64,000 bases of DNA. Origin: Actinomycetota bacterium. Lineage in GTDB: Bacteria; Actinomycetota; UBA4738; CALAEC01. The notes beneath the pieces are model-generated. The model was not told the origin of the DNA. It was given only the letters and a program-made list of their open reading frames with translations, and did no database searches. The stretch spans positions 8,241 through 72,240 of the forward strand of contig JBOGVS010000011.1 of NCBI GenBank assembly GCA_050692555.1, read 5' to 3'. The number at the start of each line of letters is the position of its first letter. Positions within the stretch are counted from its first letter, which is position 1. Shown here piece by piece: positions 26,249 through 34,879 of the stretch. A program made the position numbers and the translations under genes.

Positions 26249-27844
26249 TCAGGCACCGGCCATGGCCCCGGTGGCCACGGCCTTGGCCCAGGGGTAGTCG
26301 GGCTTGCCGCTGGGCTGGCGAACGACCCGTTCGACCAGGTGAACTTCCCGGGGGACCTTGTATCCGGCGACGTGCTCCCGGCAGTGGCGATCCAGGGCTT
26401 CCAGGGTGACCTCGGTGCCGGACCGGGGTTGCACCACGGCGGACACCCGCTCCCCCCATCGCTGGTCCGGAACCCCCACCACCACGGCGTCATACACGTC
26501 GGGGTGGGACTTCAGGGCCTTCTCGACCTCCTCCGGGAACACCTTCTCCCCCCCGGTATTGATGCACCCGGTTCCCCGGCCGAACACCACGATGGTCCCG
26601 TCCTCCTCCACGGTGGCCAGGTCGCCCTGCATCGCCCACCGGACCCCCTCCACCTCCACGAAGGTCCGGCGGGTTCGCTCCTCGTCCTTGTAGTAGCCGA
26701 GCGGCAGGCGGTCGCGGCGGGCCAGCTTCCCCACCACGCCGGAGCCCGGGGCTACGGGCCGGAGGTCGTCGTCCAGCACGGTGGTCCGGTCGTTCATCAT
26801 GAACCGCAACCCGCCGCCTTCCGGTGGGCCGCCGGGGGCCTCCATCCCCTGGAACCCGGTCTCCGTGGACCCGAAGTTCTCGGTGACGATGGTGTTGGGG
26901 AGCAGCCCCCGGAGCTGCTCCTTGACCGAGGGCGACAGCACCGCCCCGGTCGATCCCAGGTACACCAGCGACGAGAGGTCGTGGGCCTCCGGGTCGGCGG
27001 CCAGCGCCTCGGCCAGGGGCCGGGCCATGGCGTCGCCCACGATTGTTATCGTGTTGACCCGCTCCCGCTCGACCGTCTCCCACACACCGTTCGCGTCGAA
27101 CCTCGGGACCAGCACCACCTTGTCGCCCCAGAACAGCCCGATGAGCACTCCCAGTTGGGCCGCCCCGTGGATCAGCGGAGGCACGGGGAACTGCACCACC
27201 GTGGGCCGGGCCACGGCGTTCTCGGCGAGCTGCTCGGGACGGTCGATGGGGTCCCCGGTGGGGTTGCCGCCTCCCAGCGCGGTGAAGAACAGGTCCTCCT
27301 GCCGCCACATGACCCCCTTGGGCATCCCTGTGGTCCCGCCGGTGTAGATCACGAACAGGTCGTCGCCGGACCGAGCCGGGAACCCCCGCTCGGGGGACGC
27401 CGCGGCCAGGGCGTCCTCGAATGGAACGGACCCGGGGCTGTCGTCATCGGATCCATCCTCGACCATCACGAGGTGGCGGAGATCGGGGGTCCGGGAACCC
27501 TGCAAGCGAGAGGCGAGCGACCGCCCGTGGACCACCGCCACGAGGTCGGCATTGTCGAACAGGTAGCGAAGCTCGTCCTCCACGTACCGGTAGTTGACGT
27601 TGATCGAGGTAGCCCGGATCTTGGCGCACGCCAGCATGGCCTCCACGTACTCGGTGCCGTTGTGCATATACAGGCCCACGTGGTCTCCGGGGCCGATCCC
27701 GGCGTCGAGGAGATGGTGGGCCAGCCGGTTGGCCCGCTCTTCCAGGGCCGCGTACGTCAGCCGCCGGTCACCGCAGACCAGCGCTTCCCGGTCGGGAACC
27801 GCGTCCGCCACGGACTCGAACAGGTCGCCCAGGTTGTATTCCAC
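26249..27844 (-). CDS. fadD: acyl-CoA synthetase (AMP-binding; FadD3/FadD17-like)
   Basis: 531 aa; MEYNLGDLFE..., YTGGTTGMPKGV, GDLATVEEDGTIVVFGRGTGCINTGGEKVFPEEVE. Confidence 0.9.
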   Translation of the reverse strand: MEYNLGDLFESVADAVPDREALVCGDRRLTYAALEERANRLAHHLLDAGIGPGDHVGLYMHNGTEYVEAMLACAKIRATSINVNYRYVEDELRYLFDNADLVAVVHGRSLASRLQGSRTPDLRHLVMVEDGSDDDSPGSVPFEDALAAASPERGFPARSGDDLFVIYTGGTTGMPKGVMWRQEDLFFTALGGGNPTGDPIDRPEQLAENAVARPTVVQFPVPPLIHGAAQLGVLIGLFWGDKVVLVPRFDANGVWETVERERVNTITIVGDAMARPLAEALAADPEAHDLSSLVYLGSTGAVLSPSVKEQLRGLLPNTIVTENFGSTETGFQGMEAPGGPPEGGGLRFMMNDRTTVLDDDLRPVAPGSGVVGKLARRDRLPLGYYKDEERTRRTFVEVEGVRWAMQGDLATVEEDGTIVVFGRGTGCINTGGEKVFPEEVEKALKSHPDVYDAVVVGVPDQRWGERVSAVVQPRSGTEVTLEALDRHCREHVAGYKVPREVHLVERVVRQPSGKPDYPWAKAVATGAMAGA

Positions 27845-27856
27845 CGGAATAAGAAG

Positions 27857-27870
27857 TAGAACACGTTCTC
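27857..27870. promoter_or_regulatory. KstR-type operator TAGAACACGTTCTC
   Basis: Palindrome 13 bp upstream of the fadD start. Confidence 0.65.
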
Positions 27871-27898
27871 ATTCCCGGGCGCAAGGTGGGAGGTGGTG

Positions 27899-28441
27899 CT
27901 AGTTGGCTACCGTGCCCAGTGGGTCGCAGACCTTGCAGGGCTCCAGGCCCGATTCCGCGGAGACCTGACGGAGGTCCTCCCGTCCGGCCACCACCATGCA
28001 GTCGCGACGGTGGAACAAGGTCCCCTTCTCGGTGACCACGAACTCGCCGTTGGTGCTGCCGGGTGCGCCGGCCTCCGCGGCCGCTCCGAACACTGCACCG
28101 GAGGCCAGCAGCCCGTGGATCTTGTCCAGGACGTCGGCGGTGCGCTTGGCCTGGATCCGGTTCTCCAGGATCAGCCGGCTGAGCCAGAAGGCGAAATAGA
28201 GGAACGCTCCGAGGAATACCAGGCCCAGCCCCAGGAGGCCGCCGGAGATCATGTAGGGCACCTGCTCGAACAGGAACGGCGTATGGGCAGCCCCGTACCA
28301 CCCCAGCAGGATCAGACCGAATCCAAGAACGATGGCCACGGCTCCGCCGACCATCAGGGCTCGGGGGAGGTCGATCCTGGCTGCGCGGGCCTTGATCTTG
28401 GCGACCCGTTCGGCGAACGTCTGAGGGGTCTGGGAGCTCAT
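27899..28441 (-). CDS. small membrane protein with Cys-containing C-terminal domain (hypothetical). Last gene of the ABC transporter operon
   Basis: 180 aa, 2 TM helices; C-terminal C-x20-C-x2-C. 4-nt overlap with the upstream gene. Confidence 0.5.
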   Translation of the reverse strand: MSSQTPQTFAERVAKIKARAARIDLPRALMVGGAVAIVLGFGLILLGWYGAAHTPFLFEQVPYMISGGLLGLGLVFLGAFLYFAFWLSRLILENRIQAKRTADVLDKIHGLLASGAVFGAAAEAGAPGSTNGEFVVTEKGTLFHRRDCMVVAGREDLRQVSAESGLEPCKVCDPLGTVAN

Positions 28442-29742
28442 TGATCGCCCAGCGGGCAGGTGGCTCCAGTTGCTTGAGCGGTCACGGCCCTTCGGGCCAG
28501 CCCGGTCAGGAAGCGGCCTCCGAGGGCCGCGGCGCCAACAGCCACTCCACCGAGGGCGGCGGGCAACGCCGCCGCCTCGGGGATCGGAAGCGGTGCCGCA
28601 ACGGGCTGGGTGGTGACGATCTCCTGGGCCGGCACCGTGCTCCCGGCGGTCGGCGGCGTGCCGGGGATGGTGGTGGTGGTCGGGCCCGAGCCAGATCCCG
28701 AGGTTCCGCCGGCGGCCGGCGTCCCCGAGGTCCCGCCACCCTGGGCCTTCCCCTTACCGGTCGTGGCGGGCTCGGGAGCAGGCCCCCCGCCGCCCCCGCC
28801 GCTGACCGACACCGGAGGAAGTGCTGCCGAGCTCACGCTCACTCCAGCGAACTGGTAGGTGGTGGTGAAGTTGGCGGGCAAACCGGACGTGCCCGGGGAG
28901 AAGGTGACGACCAGACCTCCGGCCGTCCGAGCGGAGTCCGCTCCGTTGATGGTGTCCACCGGCTGGGCCACCCGGATCGTGATCCCCATCTGATCGAGGG
29001 CCGACTGGGCCGGGTTGGGCGCAAACGGGATCGTCGTGGTGGCGACGTGGACCCCCGACTGATCGATGGTCACCGGCGTGCCGGCGATGGTGGCGCCGGT
29101 CACCACGGTCTGCCCCTCCACGGTCCCCGTGGTCCCGTCGGAGATGGCTTTCGCGTCGGTGACCACCGAGCCGATGTGGATCACCCCATTCAGCAGGCTG
29201 ATGTCGTTCGCGGCGGCGGTGGCCGCCGAGACGACCCGGGCGGACTCCACGGCCGTGGACGCCGTGCTCGTCAGGGACCCGATCACACCGACCGGCCCTC
29301 CGGGCACGCTCTGGGTAGTGGTGCTGGCCTCGGACTTGGAATCGTCGCTGTGGGTCTTCATCGTCAGGGTGCCGCCGTCGTTCGACACATGATCCGCCGG
29401 TCCCTGCGGGAAGAAGGACTCAGACCGCACGGGGTAGTTGGGGAACCCGAAGAACGACCCTGCGTTGGCCGCCGTGGATCCCGGCCACAGCACGCTGGAG
29501 AGGGAGTGGCCGGTCGGTCCGGTCTCGTGGCGGGCCTGGCTGTAGGCCTCGTGCATCTCCCCGGTGGGGTCGGCGGGGATCGGCGAGCCGGGCTGGTTGA
29601 ACGTCACGGTGACTCCTGAAGACGCGGCCTTGAGCGTGAAGCCCTGGAAGGTCTGGGTCTGAGCGGACGCCGACGCTACCCCGAAGAGCCAGAGTGCCCC
29701 TCCGGCGCAGATGATCGCGAGCACACGCCGTTTTGACCTCAT
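28438..29742 (-). CDS. secreted/cell-surface Thr/Gly/Ser-rich protein with signal peptide and C-terminal hydrophobic anchor (hypothetical)
   Basis: MRSKRRVLAIICAGGALWLFGVASASAQT signal peptide; T/S/G/A-rich body; C-terminal AALPAALGGVAVGAAALGG. ATGA overlaps with the ABC ATPase gene. Confidence 0.55.
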   Translation of the reverse strand: MRSKRRVLAIICAGGALWLFGVASASAQTQTFQGFTLKAASSGVTVTFNQPGSPIPADPTGEMHEAYSQARHETGPTGHSLSSVLWPGSTAANAGSFFGFPNYPVRSESFFPQGPADHVSNDGGTLTMKTHSDDSKSEASTTTQSVPGGPVGVIGSLTSTASTAVESARVVSAATAAANDISLLNGVIHIGSVVTDAKAISDGTTGTVEGQTVVTGATIAGTPVTIDQSGVHVATTTIPFAPNPAQSALDQMGITIRVAQPVDTINGADSARTAGGLVVTFSPGTSGLPANFTTTYQFAGVSVSSAALPPVSVSGGGGGGPAPEPATTGKGKAQGGGTSGTPAAGGTSGSGSGPTTTTIPGTPPTAGSTVPAQEIVTTQPVAAPLPIPEAAALPAALGGVAVGAAALGGRFLTGLARRAVTAQATGATCPLGDQ

Positions 29743-30446
29743 GCCGCACCACCAAGGTACGCCCCGTGGAGCTGCTCCGCCACATCCCCCGGCTCTCCGA
29801 GGATCCTCACCCGGCCGTGGGCCATGACCGCCGCGTAGTCCGCCACCGAAAGTGCCATCTGTGCATATTGTTCGATGATCAGCACCGAAACACCTTCCCC
29901 GGCGATCCCCGCGATGATCTCGTAGAGATCGGCCACGATCAGGGGCCCAAGGCCCATCGAGATCTCGTCGAGCATCAGCAGGCTGGGCTTGGTGACCAGG
30001 GCCCGGGCGATGGCCAGCATCTGCTGCTCGCCCCCCGACATCGTCCCGGCCAGCTGCCTGCGGCGCTCCTTCAGCCGGGGGAACCGGGCGAACGCTCCGG
30101 CCGTCACCTCCGACATGGGGATCCCGCCGAACGTCACCATCTCAAGGTTCTCGGTCACCGTGAGGTTGGGGAAGATCCCCCGGCCCTCGGGGATCGTGCA
30201 CACCCCGGCGCGGGCCAGGGCGTCGGGGTCGGCTCCGTTGACGTGCTTGCCCGCCACGTGGACACAGCCCGACATGGGCCGGATCTGACCGCTGGCCACC
30301 TTGACGGTGGTGGTCTTCCCCGCTCCGTTCGGACCCAACAGCGCCACCACGCTGGCCGGTGGCACCACCAGGTTCACGCCGTGGAGGACCTGGATCTTGC
30401 CGTAGCCGGCCCGGACGTCTCGCAGCTCGAGCACGGGGGTGGTCAT
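29739..30446 (-). CDS. livF: ABC transporter ATP-binding protein (LivF-like, HAAT family)
   Basis: Walker A GPNGAGKTT, signature LSGGEQQ, Walker B LLMLDE. Confidence 0.9.
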   Translation of the reverse strand: MTTPVLELRDVRAGYGKIQVLHGVNLVVPPASVVALLGPNGAGKTTTVKVASGQIRPMSGCVHVAGKHVNGADPDALARAGVCTIPEGRGIFPNLTVTENLEMVTFGGIPMSEVTAGAFARFPRLKERRRQLAGTMSGGEQQMLAIARALVTKPSLLMLDEISMGLGPLIVADLYEIIAGIAGEGVSVLIIEQYAQMALSVADYAAVMAHGRVRILGEPGDVAEQLHGAYLGGAA

Positions 30447-31187
30447 CTACGCGGTCTCCTCCACCTGTGCCGTCCCCAGGTACGCCTCGCGCACGGCCTC
30501 GTTGGCCTGGACCTCCCCGGGCGTCCCGGCGGCGATGATCTTGCCAAACTCCAGCACGAACACCCCGGTGCACACCTGCATGACCAGCTCCATGTCGTGT
30601 CCCACTAGGAGGATGCCGAGGCCTTCGGTGGCCAGCTCCCGCATGAGGTCGGCGACCTCCCGCCCCTCCTCGTCCGACAGCCCGGATGACACCTCGTCCA
30701 GGAGGAGGAGCCTGGGCTTGGCCGCCAGGGCTCGCCCGAACTCCACCAGACGCATGAGCCCGGTGGGAAGCGAGTCCGCCCGCTCGTCGGCAACCGACTG
30801 GAGACCGATGGTGTTCACGGCGTGCTCGGCCACGGCTCTCGGCTCCGAGCCGTCCCACACCCACCGCTGCCTGGCCTCCGCCGCCACCAGCTGGTTCTCC
30901 CGGACGGTGAGCGACCCGAAGATCTCCAGCTTCTGGAACGTCCGGGCGATCCCCAGCCTGGCCCGGTGATGCGGCTTCAGGCGAGTGACGTCCTGGCCGT
31001 CGAACATCACCTTGCCTTGAGTGGGGGGCTGAAGCCCGCAGATCACGTTGAACAGCGTCGTCTTGCCGGCGCCGTTCGGCCCGATCAGGCCGGTCACCGC
31101 GCCCTCGTCGGCGTCGAGGCTCACCCGGTCCAGGGCGGCCACCCCTCCGAACCGGACGCTCACGTCATCGACCTCGAGCAGTGGCAA
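30447..31187 (-). CDS. livG: ABC transporter ATP-binding protein (LivG-like, HAAT family)
   Basis: GPNGAGKTT, LSGLSDEEG.., LLLLDE. Confidence 0.9.
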   Translation of the reverse strand: MPLLEVDDVSVRFGGVAALDRVSLDADEGAVTGLIGPNGAGKTTLFNVICGLQPPTQGKVMFDGQDVTRLKPHHRARLGIARTFQKLEIFGSLTVRENQLVAAEARQRWVWDGSEPRAVAEHAVNTIGLQSVADERADSLPTGLMRLVEFGRALAAKPRLLLLDEVSSGLSDEEGREVADLMRELATEGLGILLVGHDMELVMQVCTGVFVLEFGKIIAAGTPGEVQANEAVREAYLGTAQVEETA

Positions 31188-31193
31188 TCCGCG

Positions 31194-33134
31194 TCACCCC
31201 CCCACCGGGGCTCCCGCCTCCACCGCCGCGGTGGCGGCTTGTGGACTCGGGCGTAGAGGCCGCCGCCAGAACGCCAGCGGGCGAAGCGACTCGAACAGGA
31301 GGAACGCGAATCCATTGGGGTTCCGGCCCAGGCTGACGGCACCCAGTCCGATCAGCAGGGGTACCAGCCCGCCCAGGGCCGGGACCTCTGCCGCCAGGAC
31401 CGGGAGCAGGGCCAGGCCCAGCCCGCCGATCAGGGCCCCGGTCACCGAGGTGATCCCCCCCAGGACCGCCGCCAGGAGGAGCGGGAGGCTCTCGAACATA
31501 ATGAAGTTCTGGCCCCCTGCCACCCCGGCGACCCCCCCGTACAGGGCCCCGGCGAGGCCGGCCATGCCGGCCGAGATCGTGAACACGGCCAGCTTGGTCC
31601 TGGTGAGGTCCAGGCCCAGCATGGTGGACGCGGCTGGGCTGTCGCGCATGGCCGCCAGGCGCCGGCCGAACCGGCCGCGCCGAAGGGCCAGCACGAACAT
31701 ACCCAGCAGGCCGAACGCCGTGGCCAGCACGATGAAGTAGGCCCGCTCACCATCGAAGGACCAGCCCAAGAGGTCGAGGCGCCCGACGTCCCTGCTTCCG
31801 AAGGGGCCGAAGAAGAAGTCCTGGCGGAACACCACGAAGTCCATGAACAGGGCGAAGGCCATGGTGGCCAGGGCCAGATACAGGCCCTGGAGGCGGAGCG
31901 CGGGGAGGGCCACGATGGCCCCCACCGGGGCCGCCAGCGCCACGGCCAGCAGGAGGCCCATCGGCGACCCGTCGCCCCCGAACCTCCCCATGGCGAAGGC
32001 TCCCACCCCGGCGAAGGTCAGCTGGCATAGGGACACCTGCCCGCCGTACCCGGTCAGCAGGACCAGGGACAGCATGATCAGGGCCAGCGCGAGCCCCTTG
32101 CCCACCGTCACCCGATTCGAGTCCGACAGGACCCCGGAGAGGAACACCGCGGCACCTACGAACAGGACCGCGACGACCAGCGACTGCAGCCGCCCAGGAA
32201 CCCGCGGGGCCCGGGCCCCGGCCAGCCGGCCCGCCGACAGCCGCTCCTCCGGCATCGCGATCATCACCGCGAACAGTAGGAGTGCCGGCAGTGCCGGGCG
32301 GAGGTCGTTGATGACCCCCGCGAAGCTCTCCAGCGAGAACACCCGGATGATCGTGCTCTGGTACCCCAGCAGATAGGACTGCCCCAGGCCCAGGATCATG
32401 GCCCCCAGGAACGTGAGCGGCAGGCTCTTCAGCCTCCCCACCATGGCCGCCGCGTACGCGCTGATCACCAGGAGGGTCAGCGTGATGATGTCCAGGGACA
32501 GGAGCGGGGCCAACAGGATCCCCGCCAGGGCCGCCAGCGACGCCCCGATGGCCCACGAGAGCATGCCGAGCCGGGCGGTTCTCGCCCCGTTCAGCGCCGC
32601 AAGGTCCCGGGCGTCGACCACCGCCCGCATGGCCGTCCCGGTACGGGTGTTGAACAGGAGCACCCGGAGCCCCACGGCAACCGCCCCGGCGATGACCAGC
32701 GTGATGACCTGGTGCCAGCTCACGAAGATGCCGGCCAGCCGGAACCCGGCAAACCCCAGGAACTGGGGTACCTCACGGGTGGCGGGAGGCCAGATGGACT
32801 GGGCCAGGCCCACCAGAAGCACCAGGAGACCGATCGTCACCACCAGGGAGGTCCCCGCCGACGACCCATGGAGGTTCCGCATCAGCGTCCGCTCGATGAG
32901 AGCGCCCATCAGCGGGGCCAGCACCACAACCACCAGGAACAGCGCCACCGGTGTGGGGAGCCCCAGGTTCACCAGGAGCTCCCAGTAAGTGAAGGCCATG
33001 AACATCCCGATGGCCCCGTGGGCGAAGTTGAAGATCCCGGACGCCGTGTAGGTGACCACCAGCCCACCGGCGGCGATGGCGTAGACGGCTCCCGTCACCA
33101 CCCCCAGCACTGTGAAGGCCAGGAACTCAGCCAC
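31194..33134 (-). CDS. fused ABC permease (LivH + LivM-like; branched-chain amino acid transporter-type permease domains)
   Basis: 646 aa, highly hydrophobic; two BPD_transp_2-like halves. Confidence 0.85.
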   Translation of the reverse strand: MAEFLAFTVLGVVTGAVYAIAAGGLVVTYTASGIFNFAHGAIGMFMAFTYWELLVNLGLPTPVALFLVVVVLAPLMGALIERTLMRNLHGSSAGTSLVVTIGLLVLLVGLAQSIWPPATREVPQFLGFAGFRLAGIFVSWHQVITLVIAGAVAVGLRVLLFNTRTGTAMRAVVDARDLAALNGARTARLGMLSWAIGASLAALAGILLAPLLSLDIITLTLLVISAYAAAMVGRLKSLPLTFLGAMILGLGQSYLLGYQSTIIRVFSLESFAGVINDLRPALPALLLFAVMIAMPEERLSAGRLAGARAPRVPGRLQSLVVAVLFVGAAVFLSGVLSDSNRVTVGKGLALALIMLSLVLLTGYGGQVSLCQLTFAGVGAFAMGRFGGDGSPMGLLLAVALAAPVGAIVALPALRLQGLYLALATMAFALFMDFVVFRQDFFFGPFGSRDVGRLDLLGWSFDGERAYFIVLATAFGLLGMFVLALRRGRFGRRLAAMRDSPAASTMLGLDLTRTKLAVFTISAGMAGLAGALYGGVAGVAGGQNFIMFESLPLLLAAVLGGITSVTGALIGGLGLALLPVLAAEVPALGGLVPLLIGLGAVSLGRNPNGFAFLLFESLRPLAFWRRPLRPSPQAATAAVEAGAPVGG

Positions 33135-33166
33135 TCCGGCTCCCCTCGCGGCGACCCCGTGCCGCG

Positions 33167-34669
33167 CTAGACCTTGATCACGGGCCCCTTGTCACACATC
33201 CAGCCCGAGGCCGGGTCCCGTCGGGTGAACTTGCCGCCCCCGATGGTGCCGTACAGCAGGCAGGGCGAAGAGATCTTGGCTCCGATGTCGTGCTCGGCGT
33301 GCATGCCGTTCCCACCCCAGGCGTGGAGCTTCCCGAGCTCGCCGAGCAGGGCCTGCCGGGTGGGGGCGGGCCCAAGGCCTTCCATCAGTTGCACGAACAA
33401 CCGCCCGGCCGACCAGGCGTACAGCCCGAAGTAGTCGGGCTTGGCCCCGGGAACCGTTCGGCTGAGCCATTGCGTGTACAGCTGCATCTCCTGGTTCCCG
33501 CCGGCTTCCTCGAACATCGCGGTGTTGATGAAGAACAGCGAGCCATCGGCCGCCGGACCGGCGTCCGTCAGGAAGTCGGGGTCGTACACCACCGAGTCGA
33601 AGTCCTTGACCGTCGGGGACCACTGCTGCTGTCGCATGGCGTCGAGCAGCCGGGCGATGCTCTGGAAGTTCCCGATCATCGTGACGTACTGGACCCCGAG
33701 CCGTTGCATGTCGAACACGTACGGCGCGTAGTTCGGCTCGACGGGCTGGACCTCTTGGCGGTAAACGAAGTTGAACCCCGAGGCCCTGAGGCCCTTCTCC
33801 CGGGATGCCGCTGCGGCCCGGGGCACATCGGCGGCCAGCCAGATGATGGCCGCCTTGCTGATGACCTGAGGGAATTTCTCCTTGATGTAGTTGCCTTCCG
33901 CGGAGATGAAGTAGTCGGGACGGTTCGGATAGGCGGGGTACACCGTTGAGGCCTGGACCTTCTGCAAGGACGTGGTGATCGCGGGGATCTCGGGGATCCC
34001 ACACTGCTGGCCGCTGGAGGCTCCTCCATGGTCGAACGCCGACATCGATCCGACGATGGCGAACGACTTCTGGCAGGCCTCGAGGGTGGCCGCCCGGTTG
34101 CCGGCGACGTCCTGCTTGGTGTCCAGATAGATCCCCTGGAGGTTCCGGCCGCACACCCCGCCGGTGCTGTTCTCGTAGGCCACCAGGGCCTTGATGGCGT
34201 CCTGCGACGACTGGAACAGCCCGGGCTGGATGCCGCTGATGTCGGCGACGTTGGAGATCGTGATGGAGTTCGGGGTGACCCCGGTGTCCGAGGAACCCTG
34301 GGGGCTGCACTGACCGCCCTTGGAGCCGCCGCCTCCTCCGCCCTTCCCTCCCTTGCCGCCCTTCCCGCCGCCTCCGCCGGACCCCGTGGTTCCCGTCGTC
34401 CCCGTGGTGGTCCCGCCCCCGCCGCCACCGGTCGTTACGGTCTGGTCCTCCGTCCCGGCCGTTCCCGGCTGTCCGGTTCCCCCACCCTGGACCGTGGTGC
34501 CCAGCGTGCCGGTTCCACCTTCGGCGCCCGATGTCTGGCCGGACAGGACCAGGTCCCACTGCTCTTCGGTCAGCCGGGCGCCGCACGCGGTCGTCAGCAA
34601 CAGGGAGACGGCCAGGAACGCGACGGCTCGGCCCTTCATCGTTCTGTGTTTCGACGACCGGCGGGTCAT
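33167..34669 (-). CDS. ABC substrate-binding lipoprotein (LivK/Leu-Ile-Val-binding protein type I PBP fold) with Gly/Thr-rich linker
   Basis: Lipobox LLLTTAC-G; G/T-rich low-complexity linker; periplasmic binding fold motifs (SFAIVGSMSAFDHGG...). Confidence 0.85.
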   Translation of the reverse strand: MTRRSSKHRTMKGRAVAFLAVSLLLTTACGARLTEEQWDLVLSGQTSGAEGGTGTLGTTVQGGGTGQPGTAGTEDQTVTTGGGGGGTTTGTTGTTGSGGGGGKGGKGGKGGGGGGSKGGQCSPQGSSDTGVTPNSITISNVADISGIQPGLFQSSQDAIKALVAYENSTGGVCGRNLQGIYLDTKQDVAGNRAATLEACQKSFAIVGSMSAFDHGGASSGQQCGIPEIPAITTSLQKVQASTVYPAYPNRPDYFISAEGNYIKEKFPQVISKAAIIWLAADVPRAAAASREKGLRASGFNFVYRQEVQPVEPNYAPYVFDMQRLGVQYVTMIGNFQSIARLLDAMRQQQWSPTVKDFDSVVYDPDFLTDAGPAADGSLFFINTAMFEEAGGNQEMQLYTQWLSRTVPGAKPDYFGLYAWSAGRLFVQLMEGLGPAPTRQALLGELGKLHAWGGNGMHAEHDIGAKISSPCLLYGTIGGGKFTRRDPASGWMCDKGPVIKV

Positions 34670-34684
34670 ATCCTGCCCACCCCT

Positions 34685-34879
34685 TCAGCCCTCGGCGGTG
34701 CGAATGGCCGTTTTCGGACATACCCGGACGGCGTGCTCCACCTTCTCGCGCAGGTCCTCCCTGGGAAACTCGATGAGCACGTGAGAGATCTCGTCGTCAC
34801 CCACCTCGAAGACCTCCGGGGCCACCTCCATGCACCGGGCGTTCCCCTCGCACAGGGCCTCGTCGACGATCACCTTCAT
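34685..34879 (-). CDS. single-cluster ferredoxin (3Fe-4S/4Fe-4S; FdxD-like)
   Basis: 64 aa: MKVIVDEALCEGNARCMEVAPEVFEV...VRVCPKTAI. ATGA overlap with the upstream ACAD. Confidence 0.8.
   Translation of the reverse strand: MKVIVDEALCEGNARCMEVAPEVFEVGDDEISHVLIEFPREDLREKVEHAVRVCPKTAIRTAEG

Noticed and set aside
34320-34480. Repetitive GGCGGn/GGAGGn tract, first considered as a possible CRISPR-like or tandem-repeat element
   Set aside because: It encodes the Gly/Thr-rich linker (GGGGKGGKGGKGGGGGGSKGG) of the substrate-binding lipoprotein. There is no spacer/repeat periodicity and no cas genes.
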